NCBI GenBank assembly: GCA_964187785.1
Contig: OZ076409.1
Span: 7,070,001-7,134,000, forward strand
Source of the DNA: Amphiscolops sp. MND2022
Lineage: Eukaryota
Reading direction: 5' to 3'
DNA: 64,000 nucleotides
Made by a program: the position numbers and the translations under genes. Below are positions 27,851-40,084 of this stretch, piece after piece. Position 1 is the stretch's first letter; every line of letters starts with the position of its first letter. The notes beneath the pieces were generated by a model. It saw nothing but the letters and a program-made list of their open reading frames with translations, had not been told where the DNA came from and ran no database searches.

Positions 27851-28452
27851 TATTTTCAGACCTGAATCTTACTTTAATTGAAAGTAACTTTAATGGAACA
27901 ATGATGACAGTTGAAAGAAAAATGAGAAACTTCCTGCATATATTTTCAAGGGTTGAGAAACAAGCCGGGAACGGCATAAGTCGGCGCCATATCTAAGGCT
28001 CAAAAATAGCTAAAGGACTTCAAAGTCAAGTATTCTTTTACAGTACCCAAAAAACCCAAAAGTTGAAGCGAATTAGCGCGCCGGGGGCCCGCCAGCGGGC
28101 CCCTGGCGCGCTAAAAGGGGAACCCTTTCGGATTTTTTAACATCATTTGTTGCAAAACATATTCCAGAAAAATGTCTCACAATGCCGAAAAAACTGAAAG
28201 GGTGACCTTTAGTCTCGCCCGGTACTCTATGTTAAGCGGAAAAACAGGAAAAACCTTTTCGGTTCAGTTCGCTAGGCCAAATGGTTCAATTTGGCACCAT
28301 AAAATTTCGTAGAACTTTGTAGAACTATTTTGGTCAGTTCGTGTGGATTGAAAAAAAGAGTCACTATAATAGTCGCGTTTCTTCGAAACTTCATGAAGGG
28401 CCGACTAAAAAAAACAGGACGGAGTCCCGCATTTTGAGTTTTTTTGTTTCAG

Positions 28453-28755
28453 GTGAAACGAAGATCCGTTGTTTTTGTGGTGCCGAGAGCTGTTCGGGAT
28501 ACATCGGCAGCAAATCAAAATCCACTGCTGACGCTTCCGCTCCTGTTGCTCAACAGCGATCAAACCCGAGAGGCAGAAAACCGAAGCTGAAATCGTCCAG
28601 CATCACGAACAGTAGTTCAAACGCCTCGTCTGCTTCGTCAACCAATGAGAGTGAAGATGTTTGTTTCCGATGTGACGAGGGCGGAGAATTGTTGATGTGC
28701 AGTAAGCCGAAGTGCTCCAAAGCTTACCATTTGGAGTGTGTCGAAATGAAGGAAG
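28453..28755 (+). CDS. NSD: NSD exon (post-SET, PHD5 N-part)
   Basis: Acceptor tttttgtttcag| with phase 1 matching the 16619 donor; CFCGAESCSGYIG post-SET; EDVCFRCDEGGELLMC..CSKAYHLEC; proposed GC donor AAG|GCGAGT at 28756. Confidence 0.9.
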
Positions 28756-28774
28756 GCGAGTGTGTCGAAATGAA

Positions 28775-29418
28775 GGACCATGTCATCTATCCCCCCCAGG
28801 TACACCTTGTTGGGAATCCCCCCCATCCAACACGAAAGCACATTTTGTTCTTGAATAAAAATATTTCACTAATAAGAGAATATCATATGAATGTATATAC
28901 AGTCAAACTCGGATAAAAGAAACTCATTGGGCGGTTAGAAAAGTGTTTTTTATTCATAGTTCCTTTTATCAGTTGTCATATTAACGTACGTAGAAAGTTT
29001 GTCTTGCATAAAAAAGGAGTAGTGAAAACAATGCTTATATCCGAATGTTTCTTTTATCCGTGTTTCTTTTATCCGAGTTCGACTGTACTTAGAGGATTGT
29101 CTCTACAACTGTTTGGACACTTCATGTAAAAAATTACCATAATTTTTTGATATCATTGTCCAAAATAGCAGAAATTCACGTTTGGAACAAGCGAAAATCG
29201 TATAAAAAGCCCCTATTTCAGCGCAAATTTTATCCGTTATAAAATCTAATGAGCAACTTTTAATTGACAGTCAATGTAATGGATAGGATTATGTCGACAT
29301 CAAGTATTTTATTGGACCAAATTTTCAACGCAAGCGGTGTCGACATAATGGTATTTGAACCTTCTGTCTTATTTCCCCCGCCTCAGTTAGGGGAGGGGAG
29401 AAATAGGTGACATGGTCC
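28775..29418. mobile_element. GG..CC-terminated MITE (GGACCATGT family) forming most of an NSD intron
   Basis: TIRs GGACCATGTCATCTAT / ATAGGTGACATGGTCC (15/16 match); internal sequence matches the reverse complement of 52315-52767. Confidence 0.9.
28900..29085. mobile_element. TA-TSD Tc1/mariner-pogo-like MITE nested in the 28775-29418 element
   Basis: TA|CAGTCAAACTCGGATAAA ... TTTATCCGAGTTCGACTG|TA; the empty site is visible in the 52315-52767 copy. Confidence 0.9.
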
Positions 29419-29420
29419 AG

Positions 29421-29660
29421 GCGAGGTTCCCAGAGGTCGATGGGACTGTCCCTGGCACTATTGCGACATTTGCGGGGCCAAATCTGTGTACCATTGCAGT
29501 AGCTGTTACAACTCAGCATGCGATCAACATTACAAGGGTCTCATTATTGTCAGCGATCTGTCAACAGGGGTGCTACAATGCAAATACTGTCTCAATCTTC
29601 CTGATGAAAAGGACGAAACTGGCGCTGCCGATATCAGTGAAACTTCGCATTCGAAACAGG
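29421..29660 (+). CDS. NSD: NSD exon (PHD5 C-part and C5HCH)
   Basis: After ccag| the frame reads (G)EVPRGRWDCPWHYCDIC..YHCSSCYNSACDQH, the NSD PHD5-C5HCH signature; proposed donor CAGG|GTTCGC at 29661. Confidence 0.88.
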
Positions 29661-30114
29661 GTTCGCATGTTTAGTACATGCCGTGTTTTAAACGCGTTTT
29701 AAACATGTTTTAAACAGAGTTTTAAACATGACAAAAACCTTCATTTCTTTCTTCAATTGTTTTTAGTCGGCGCGTTTTCCTTTTAAGGAAAAATGCCCGA
29801 CTCTTACAGTGACCTTTTTTCTTCAGACTACAGACCTCACACTGATCGGTCCACTTTTTAGAGAAACTCCTGAAACTGATAAGGCCAAGTCCGGCCAATG
29901 CAAACTTAGTGCAAAGGGTCCACCCTTTCATTTTTTACTTTTTAAAGGTAACCTACAAAACCGGAAAAACTAAAGGGTCGATTTTTTCGGCACTATGCGA
30001 CATTTTCCGAAAGAAAAAATATTTTTAAAAATTTGAAAAAAAGTTTTGCGCGTTTTGAGCCTTAGATATAGCGCCGACTTTAGACGTTCTCGTCTTGTTT
30101 TATTCCGAACCCTG
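29657..30114. mobile_element. hAT-like MITE (CAGGGTTCG family) inside NSD coding sequence, with nested HINE at about 29762-30099
   Basis: TIRs CAGGGTTCG / CGAACCCTG; perfect 8-bp TSD ATTCGAAA at 29649-29656 and 30115-30122. Confidence 0.9.
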
Positions 30115-30123
30115 ATTCGAAAG

Positions 30124-30437
30124 ATGGCAACTTGGACGTTGATGAAATTGCTAAGAAGTGTTTGAACAGTTTGTCCGAGAGTCTCATCAATATGCTACAC
30201 TTGAACGTGAACTTGAACGATTCTAAAGAGGCTGGTGCTACTGAAAAGAAGGCTAAAGAGTTTTGCATCGATTCAGACTCCGAACCTGATTGCGACAATG
30301 CTCCAGAGACGGAAAATGAGTCACCCGCCGAGAAAACATTGGTCGAAGCTGCTGCTGCAAAATCAGCCGGAACTGAAAATCTACGCTCCGAGGAAACTGA
30401 GCTGAAAGCAGAAACTTTATTGAGCCCAGAGTTTTGA
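30124..30437 (+). CDS. NSD: NSD probable terminal coding exon (acidic tail)
   Basis: In frame with the previous exon once the 29657-30114 MITE and one TSD copy are removed (..SHSK/DGNLDVDEIAKK..); acceptor AAAG|AT phase 1; stop TGA 30435-30437. Confidence 0.72.
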
Positions 30438-30737
30438 CACCGCTAATTAGCGAATTAGCGGTCTTGCAGAATTTTTTCCTGGAAAAAAATTTGAAAATTC
30501 CTCGGAAAATACACGGAGTTTCAAAGTGAATTTCATAACATTCCAATTCTTACCTCTGCAAAACCCACACAGTATGAAAAATTTTGGTCTTTTTTTCTTG
30601 CAAAAACTGAATGAAGTCATTTTAAACATTCTTGAATTAAACGTTTACTAGCTTGAAGAAAAAGATTTTCAGCGAAATAGCGATTTTGAAATTAGCGGTT
30701 TAGCGATTAGCGAAAAAAATTAGCGATGTCAAAACTG
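30427..30737 (+). mobile_element. hAT-like MITE, CAGAGTTTTGA family, overlapping the NSD stop codon
   Basis: TIRs CAGAGTTTTGAC / GTCAAAACTG; TSD ATTGAGCC/ATTGAACC. Confidence 0.88.
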
Positions 30738-33700
30738 ATTGAACCCATGAGAAAGATCATCTTCAACTTCTAATATCAAGTTTTAATATCGTTGAAAACT
30801 TCTTTGTTTTTGCTCTTTGAGTTTTTATCGCGTAGCATCGTTTTTTGAGGCATCTTAGCATTGTCTTTGTTATACAATTTCTGTGATTAATCTTTGATGC
30901 GTTTGTTCAATTTTTGCATCTTGTTTTTGTACGTCTTACATCTGTAATTATCTTAATTTACTCTCTCGATCGAACAGTGTTTGAAAATGGAGCTAGGTAA
31001 AAAGTAGTCGAGCTTCGAGATTTTATCGATGTGATGCACGCTATTTATTATTCAAGTGTCTCTCTGAAAGCGTTTGTTATCTAAAAAGTTTTGATGATTT
31101 CTAAAATCCAATTTCATAGATTAGTGATTTAGTGGTATCAAGTAAGCCGTCAGAAGATTTGGAGAGTCTTGAGTCTCAATTCTGTTTCGACGATTAAAAA
31201 TGTCTGGGTCCGAAGCTTCGAGAAAGAAATCTTCCGTCAGTGTTAGAGACGTAAGTCGTTATTATTGGTGAATAATCTTTTTATGAAGTGTTGAGTGGCT
31301 TGGAGCGATTTCACGCCTAATGGTTTTATGAGCCCCATAAATTTTACTTCGATGCAAACTTGTAACATTCAAAGTAATAGATATATAAAATTTTCTGCGT
31401 TTAAAGTTTGACAAAATTATAACAGGATTATGGCAGACGATGGAACTACTACGTCTGAGGTTAGTGGGATTAATTTTGTTGCAAGATTTTGATGATAAGA
31501 GAAGGAAGTTCAAGTTAAACGTTCACGAATTTCGAGTAGTGCCCTTGCGATTTTTAAATCCCGATATACTCGGCTTTTTTGAACAGACAGATGAGAGCAG
31601 CTCCGTGGAAGTTGACAAACATTGCGTAAAGCAACAATGCGTCCCAAGATCTAAAAAACAACAATTCGTCCCAAAATCCAAAAAATAATAAATTCGCCCC
31701 AAAATCAAGTCGTTAAAGATCTTATCCAGTATCTTGATCGGAAATGTTGATTGTGAGATCGTCGACTTCGTAAAATCAATCCTTCCAGTTGCGAGGGTCC
31801 CTTCATCTTACCTAGTATTAGATACGAGCTGCAACGGTCCAATTACTGGTATCTTACCTGCCATCGTGCGAATTTGATATGGAATAAATTGTGTTTCTGG
31901 AAAACAGAAGGACTAAAAGGAAGAATTCTGAACCTTTGGATTATTTCAATAAAGCTTTTAACGACCAGTCAAACCTGCACCTGAACTTTCATTTGTCTAT
32001 GTAACTTTTGTCGACTTAGAAATCCCATCCCAGAACTCAACATTGTGTCATTTTGGGAGAAATCTTTTCGCTCATGCGTAAATTCTTGGAGATAATAGTA
32101 AAATCCAAAAAAGCGACAATTCGTCCCAAGCATCTATTCGTCCCACTTTGTGGTAAAGAAAACTCTTGAAAAAGATTTTCAGACGATACTGCATAGCATT
32201 GCATGCCTTTTCACGGAATATTGACATGATGTCTTCGAAATCAAGAAAATGGGACCAAAAAAGCAAAAAAATGAGCGCAGCTTTTCCGTTTTTCCTGTTT
32301 TCGTTTCTGGCCCTTCTATATCCCATTGGTATTAACATTGGGTCAGAGTGGCCCTAGCATGTGTTGAAGCATGCCGAAAAGCAATCAGAGACACGACGCG
32401 TGCAAAGTTTTGGCGCAAAGTCCGGAGCCAGTGCGGCGAAGCCCTGATTCTTTTCTTTCGAACGCTTTATAAATCGTTAGTCGGACTTGAATAGTTTAGG
32501 AGATATTGGGGTTTAAAGTTTAAGCACCCGATTTTTGGATGGATCCAAAATTTTCCTGGTCAACTTAAGGTTAATACTTTTGTAATAATGAATCCGGAAC
32601 TAATATTTCATTTAGAGGGAGGCGAATTGCTACGAATTGTCGCTTGGGATGAATTGTCGCTGAACCAAAACATTGCTCGCTATTGGAGACCGAAAATCCT
32701 CAATGATCTTGAATAATCCTACAGAATGATCGTTTGTGGAGTCAAAACAACAAGCTTGCTGGATAATCCCAAAACTATTTTGTATATTAACTAGCACTTG
32801 ATGGACTCTTTTCAGATCGCCATTAGTCAGTTTCACGGACTAAAATTGTTTTTATTAAACTAAAGGCAGTATGATGTGTTAGAACATTCGGTCTTTACTG
32901 GGGCGGTAACAGGTTCGAATCTCTCAACAACTCACCATTGTTGTGCCTTGAGTAAGTCCTTCCCATTGATCGGCCTTGACCAAATTTAGCGGAGAAAAGC
33001 AAAAACAAAAAGGGCAATGGTGAGCAGTTAGAACTTTGCGTTCTTGAGCAAGTGACTTCAAGCCGACCATTATATGGCTGCAAATATGGTACCATAGCTT
33101 GCTATAGGGAGTATTCAAAAGAGCGCAGACTTAGAAAAGTAGAACTGCTAATTCGACATCCACCCTGCTGAATTGGGAAAATGAACTTGTCGTCGAAACC
33201 ATGATTTCACCGAGTGCTCTTGCATAGAAAAGAGTATAATCAAATTTTCAATGTTTTGCAAATTTTGATTATATAAAAAGTATTAGTTTTCAATAAAGAA
33301 AAGTTTTGTAACGTCAGGAAGTAACTTTCGTGCTTCAGATTCATTTTCTATCAACTCCAGGTTTAGCGTTGGATTATTATTCGTAAAAGGCGTTACTTAT
33401 ATTTCATTTACTCTTAACCAGCCGTGGTAATTTAATCACCAAGTCATTCATTCGTGATTCATGAAATCACCATCGCACTGTAACATTCCGGGAACAGCAT
33501 AAATCGGTGTTTCTCTTGAGGCTCAAAAAAACGTACTTCAAATTGTCGAGGAACAACTGTTTTTGAGAAAAATCTCGAAATCTCAGCTTGTCTCAAAAAA
33601 TAACTATGGGAGTACGCTTTGGACCTAAAACAACTTTCAACAAGACGGGAACGTCTAAAGTCAGCGCTATATCTAACGCTCAAAAAGCGCAAAGTTTTTA

Positions 33701-34252
33701 AAATTGTAAAAGGCGGACCCTTTCGACTTTTTGAAAATCTAGTTTGTTGCAAAATATCAAAAAACTTGAAGGGGGACCCTTTGGCGACAAAAAAAATTTC
33801 GAAAAAAAGTCGCACAGTGCCGAAAAAAAATCAAAGGGAGACCCTGTAGTCCCGTCCGGTTTGGTATCTTTCGTTAAAAAATTGAGTACACGAAAGGGGG
33901 GCCCTTTACACTAATTTAGATGTGTTTCCGCTTGCCGGTCCAGTAGTTTAGTAGTTCTGTAAAAAAAGCCCACTACGCATACATTCTGTTGTCTGACGAA
34001 AAAAAAGTCACTGAAATAGTCGTGCTCATTTTGTTGAAATGCGCCGACTAAAAAAAAAGCTAAAAGGCTGTTTTTATGAAGTTTCTGAAAAATCACACAG
34101 TGCCAAAAATATCCCTTGGGCTTTCCTTTTGCTTTTCTGGAGACCGTATTGACAAAAAAGACAAAAAGCCACTAATAATAGTCGAGTTTTATTTACTGAA
34201 GCGTCGACTAAAAATGAAAACTGCGGTGATCTGATATACTTCAACTTGAGTT

Positions 34253-34619
34253 TAGGGGTGCACCGGACATTAAGTACGGTCCGGTATCCGGCAGGATTTC
34301 AGAAAAATGTCCGGCCGGACAATTATCTCAGCAATTGATCGCTTATCTCAGATGAAAACTTTTGAAATGGTCAAATTTTTTTTCGAAAATTTCCTGAATT
34401 TCAGTGTTGAAAAAAATGTCGAATAATTTTTCTCACTATTTTAGAATGAACCTTTACTTTGTTTTTCGTTATACTCACTCATTGCCATATTATGAAAACA
34501 GTCTTACATCGCTTGTCTTGTTACATCGCTTGAATGTCCGGTCTGGCCGGTATCCGGTTTCAAACAATCCTGACCAGTTGTCCGGCCGGACGGAACTTTG
34601 CCTGTACTGTGCACCTCTA
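34253..34619. mobile_element. hAT MITE with TAG(A/G)GGTG(C/T)AC termini and CCGG-rich subterminal repeats
   Basis: TSD CTTGAGTT/GTTGAGTT; homologous to 57773-58179. Confidence 0.85.
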
Positions 34620-34678
34620 GTTGAGTTTCAAACTCAGAAAGCATTTTGGGTCGAGTGAGACGCATATTTATTGTTCAG

Positions 34679-34856
34679 CAAGTAGCAGCCCTCACCCCGG
34701 AACAGATAGCAGACTTCAGAGTGGCCTTCGACACTTTCGACGTTGATGGATCCGGGTCCATAGACGCAGACGAGCTCAAGACAGTCATGAGTTCCATGGG
34801 CAAAGAGATGTCCAAGAAGGAAATCGAGGAACTCATCAAAAACGTCGACGAAGACG
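34679..34856 (+). CDS. Calmodulin-like EF-hand protein, exon (EF1, start of EF2)
   Basis: ttgttcag| then QVAALTPEQIADFRVAFDTFDVDGSGSIDADELKTVMSSMG..IKNVDEDG; donor G|GTTAGA phase 1. Confidence 0.9.
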
Positions 34857-34866
34857 GTTAGAAATA

Positions 34867-35526
34867 CAGTCGATCTCGGATAAACAAGACGAGAACGTCT
34901 AAAGTCGGCGCTATATCTAAGGCTCAAAAAGCGCAAAACATTTTTTTGGGAAAAAAACTTGAAATTTTCGAAAATTTTTCTCTTTCGGAAAATGTCGCAC
35001 AGTGCCGAAAAAAGTAAAAGGGGGGACCATTTTTGATTTATAAACATGCATTCTGTTGCAAAATAAAAAACTCAAAGGGGGGACCCTTTGGGACATTAAA
35101 AAATTTTCGAAAAAAAATCGCTCAATGCCGAAAAAAATCAAAAGGGGGACCCTTTAGTCTCGGCCGGTTTTGTAGGTTACGATAAAAATGGACTAACTGA
35201 AAGGGGGGACCCTTTGCACTATCTTAAATGCGCTGCCAGTATATTAGTAGTACTGTAATTAGTAGTTGAACGTTAATTTTAACGTTCGTCGCTTCGAGTC
35301 TGTCTTAAAAAAACGAGTCACTGTAATAGTCGGGCTCCTTTATTAATAAAAGCGCCGACTAAAAAACACGGGTAAAAGAAACATTCGGATATAAGAAACG
35401 TTTTCACTTCTCCGCTTTTATGCAAGACAAACTTTCTACGTTTATAGGACAACTGATAAAAGAAACTATGGATAAAAGAAACTCTTTTCTTACCGCCCTA
35501 TGGGTTTTTTAATCCGAGTTTGACTG
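34867..35526. mobile_element. Same TA-TSD MITE family, interrupted by a HINE (about 34883-35366)
   Basis: TA|CAGTCGATCTCGGATAAA ... ATCCGAGTTTGACTG|TA. Confidence 0.85.
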
Positions 35527-38364
35527 TACTATTTGATCTATCTAAACATCTAAACACCAGAGTTTTGACGCCGCTAATTAGCGGCCGCACAGAATATTTC
35601 AGCGATTCTGTTGGTGATTCAAATTAACGGCAACTAATAGTTGTCCAAATTCGATTTTTTTTCGATATGAAAAAAAATATTTTCGAAATTGTGAAACTTT
35701 TTTGACAATTTTTCAAATCCAAAAGGCCGCATTTATACGAGTTGCGTCGACCAGAAGGACTTTTTCAGGCTTGTTCTATCTGTCTTGAGATTCCCAAGGT
35801 TACAAAAATCACAACTCTTGCATAATTCTCACAAAAATTTTTGTAAGATCTTGTAAGAAAATAGATTTTTAGAATCTAATTCTTGCAAAAATCCTGCAAG
35901 ATTTGCATTTTTCTGCTCAGAAGGTTACAAAAAATGCATAAATTTTACAAATTTCATGCAAAAATTGCATTTCCTGCCTCGAAAAAAAAATTTAACGGCT
36001 GCGAAAAAAATTTATGGCTACAGCTTCATTTATTTCTCAACACTCGTATTAGAATGTTTATCGCTGAACGACGGCAACATGTTTCATCTTACAGAATTCT
36101 ATCATAATTCGAGCAAATTGTCTTTTATGGAAAGTTTATTATAAAGGACGCTAATAAAACCTTTTGAGCTGTCGGATATAATAGAAAAGAAGTCGATTTT
36201 TGATTACAATGAATCAGACTCGATGGAACATATAACATTTCATGTCTCCTCTAATTGGCTAATTTCAAATTTCAAACATCTGCTAGCAAAAAATCTTCCA
36301 CGAATTTACAGCGTCTTTCAGAAATTATGCACCAAGTTTAACTTCAATTATTCCAATAAGTACTATTCAGAACGTAACTATTTTTCAACAGATTTTCAAC
36401 AATATATGGAACTTTTGTTTTTGATACATTAATAGTTTATTCATCTACATTAGGTGCTGGAAATGACCTCGTTTCTGATCTTCACACAGCTGTGATCGCT
36501 TCCGAATATTGATAAGTTGGATCATGACCGGAAAGAGCAAGTGTGAAAAATTGAAATTTGCACTCAACAACAAAATTGAGCGAAACAAAAAACATCAATC
36601 AAAAGTTCCAATGTTTCGCTATAAAACCTTAAAAGACATTCTTGTTACATTTGACCAATTTCTCACAATTTGAAGATAGGTTTGACACATAACTTCTGAA
36701 AGACCCTGTAATTGAACTGGCAACAACTCCCAATAGGCAGCGTAGCATATTCAGTAATTTGTTCGCATTTTTGCATATGCTGGCTTTAACTGTGAGAGAA
36801 TCGAGAACTTTGATATTTAGCGAAACGTTTGTTTTACACTGAAAAATCATTTCAATTTTTTTCATTTTATTCATTTTTCTTCATTCGCAAAACTTTATTC
36901 AAAGAGCCTCTTTGAATAAAGTTTTGTGAATGAAGAAGAATTCGAGCCGAATTCTGAGCTGAACAAAGCTCCACAATGTTTATTCGATTTTCGAATAGCC
37001 AGCCTGACTGATAGTAGAACTCAGAGAATAAATGTGAATTTATTTCCTACACGGTGTCAGGACATTTCGCCCGAAGACAGTTCGCCAAAAGCGGATTTTA
37101 CGCCCAATAATTATGGTGCGGTAAAATACCTCTAGTGCTCTGAACGCAGGAGCGAAGCGTAACGACAACCCATTCCCGGTCAAGTGACTGGTTTCGACGA
37201 AATCGACCTGAAGTCGTACCCGGGGAGTTTTCGAGAAAATCGAAAAAAGTCCAAAAATTAAACATGGTCATTTTTAATCTGCGCTTCATGAAGTGAAACG
37301 CGACTATAATAGTAACTTTTTTCAATCCATACGAACTGACCAAAATAGTTTTACTAAAAGTTCTACGAAATTTCCAGCGACCAAATTATACCTTTTGGCA
37401 CAGGGAGCTGAACTATAATAACTGTCCCTTTTTTATCGTAACATACGAAACCGACGAGACTTAAGGGTCCCCCTTTCGATTTTTTTTGGCCCTGCTAGAC
37501 TTGTTTTCGAAATTTTTTAAATGTCTCCATAGGGTCCCACTTTCATTTTTTTGATATTTTGCAGCAGAATGGATGTTAAAAGTCCCAAAGGGTTTCCCCT
37601 TTCAGCGCGCCAGTTCGGTCCTGTGGGTTTATCGGCTAGTGTGGAAGAGAAGACCCGAGACTTTGCGATTTTTGAGCCTTAGGTATGGCGCGCAGACTTA
37701 TGCTTTTCCCGGTTTGTTCAATATATTGGGCGTAATGTCATAGAACCTCCTTACACTTTTGTACTTCTTGAGATGCTCTCAGCGAAGTATTTTTTTGCAA
37801 CCCGGTGAATGGAGAAATTTAGTTCTGTTATTTCATCAGATCTGACCTAGTGCTCGAATTAGTTCTCCTCGGTAGTTTTTGTTCAGACTAGAATATTGTG
37901 AAAACTTTTTGGACTTTCGCAAATAATGCGAGCGGACTCCTATGTTTAGCGTTCTTTCATTGACTCGTACAGACAAAAGCGCCCCAATCAAAAGCGCCCA
38001 TTTTACACAGTCATAAGCGCCCCAGTCAAAAGCGCCCCAATGCAAAACGTCCTACTAATTTTGTAGTTGATTTCACCGCCTCTTCTTAAACCTAATTGGA
38101 GGTGTTTAAAGACAACATTAACCCTCTGTATTCACACCTTAAAAATCTCAATTGGAAACGATTTAAACTGCTAATTTTGGCATTTCTGAAGAAACTATGT
38201 CATTTTGTTAATGAATCAGTTTGTCAATGCACTGGTTTGAGATGAAATACTGATCATTATTTAATTGGAGTGAGGACGTAATATTGATGGTTGAAAAGAG
38301 TGAGCAAATCCTCTGTAGTCTTTGACTCTGGGCGCTTTTGTATGGTAACCTATTGACTATTTAG

Positions 38365-38506
38365 GATCGGGTTGCATCGAGTTTGAGGAGTTCTTGGAAA
38401 TGATGGTTCTGCAAATGCAAGACACGTCAGAGGAAGAGGAGATTGAGCGCATGTTCCAGGTGTTCGACAAAGATGACGACAAGTTTGTCTGTGTCGGAGA
38501 ACTCAA
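38365..38506 (+). CDS. Calmodulin-like protein, middle exon (EF2-linker-EF3); absent from the ORF track
   Basis: tatttag| (G)SGCIEFEEFLEMMVLQMQDTSEEEEIERMFQVFDKDDDKFVCVGEL(K) |GTGAGC; phases 1 and 2 fit the neighbouring exons. Confidence 0.9.
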
Positions 38507-39831
38507 GTGAGCAACCCACTCTACTCTCAGACACTTTTTACATGCACTTTTGAAGCACGCAGGCTAATTTTTCATGAAACATACAAAATTCAGGGACTCT
38601 GCATGCAAAATTCATGTAAAACTTTCCTGCAACTTGGAAAACCTTGGCAGCATTTTTCTGTGCTTTGAAAGGAGTTTAGGCAGCCTGAAGAATATTAAAA
38701 TATTCATGCAGGCCATTAATTTTTAGTCGGCGCTTTTCGAAGAAAAACGCAGACTATAGTAGTGACTTTTTTTTTAAGACCAACGAACTGACAGATTTTA
38801 TAAATTTTATAAGTTGGCACTAAACCGGCACTAACTAAACTGTGTCACACTACTTCACTGCCACTTGGCCACTACGGCTTTTTCGAGGTCTGACAAGCAG
38901 AATGACATGGGTTCGAGTCCCGCCATGACCAAAATTTTTTCAAAAAATCTGATTTTTCAAAAAAAATCGGATTTCAAAAAAATTTCAAAAAAATCGGATT
39001 TTTTTCAATTTTTCCTCAAACGGGTACTGTAGAAGAGAATACTTGACACTTTGAAGTACTTTTGTTATTTTTGAGCCTTAGATATGGCGCCGACTTGGGC
39101 CGTTCCCGGCTTGTTTGCATTGAAAAACGGCATTTGTCGAAGCCTGAATCGCACTGATTCATGTAGAAAAACAGATCCTGTTTCGCAGTAAACCTCCTGA
39201 AAAAGTAATGCTGAATCGAAAACGTCCATTTTAGCGACGTTTCAGCCTTCACTTTCTTAATCTTGAAAAAAATGCTCAGAATCTAAAAACTAGTCCTTAT
39301 TCACTAGTGAATATTTTCCTCCCAGTGCTTTTGTATGCAATCTGTATGTTGCTTGCAAATTGCCATTTTTGCGTGAAACACAAAGATGTTGAAATATGAC
39401 GTATGCTATCGGAAGTGTTCAAAATAATGACCAAGTCGTGTTTTGTGACGTCATTCAAAACGCCCGCCTTCAAACACAAGCTGCACTTTCTGAACTAAGT
39501 CCGCCCTTTGGAATAAACAACAGACAGGACAGGGCGGCTTCTTTCATGTTCTCGGTGGAGAATTTCTCTCGGTAGGTGTTTTTCATGTAATCAACAAATG
39601 CATTTTTTCGCCTCTGGTTCTTTTTAAATCTCAGAGAATGCCCCGAGAGAATAAAATTTGGCATTGAGTCCAAAAGGAAGGTCTTTTCCTGACAAATCTC
39701 AACCTACAATATCCCTCATGCTGAAAAAAAGGAGATTCCTCATGCGAGAACAGAAGTCTCGACTTGGAGACCTCAAGAGAGAAAAACAAGCAATAGTGTT
39801 TCTTTCAAGTATGAGACAACTTTATTGCAAC

Positions 39832-40084
39832 CAGGTTTTGACATCGCTATTTTTCGCTAAACCGCTAATTTCAAAATATATATTTCGCTGAAATACGTTT
39901 CTTCAAACTATTAAACGTTCGACTTCAAGTGTGTTTTAAAAGAACGAAGTTTTGCGAGAAAAAGGACTAGAATTTTTCTTACTTGGTGGGTTTTACAAGG
40001 GTAAGAGTTGGAAATACAAAGATAAGAAAAATTCTGCGCGGCCGCTAATTCGTTAAATCGCCGCTTAGCGGTGTCAAAACTCTG
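39832..40084 (-). mobile_element. hAT-like MITE, CAGAGTTTTGA family (partial copies also near 2640-2846, 35559, 40258)
   Basis: TIRs present; TSD ATTGCAAC/TTTGCAAC. Confidence 0.8.

Larger units (their letters stand above)
16619..28452 (+). other. 11.8-kb canonical GT-AG intron of NSD, filled with transposon debris
   Basis: GTAAGT donor, polypyrimidine-CAG acceptor and matching phase join SET to post-SET (..FEALG/ETKIRCFCG..). Confidence 0.88.
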
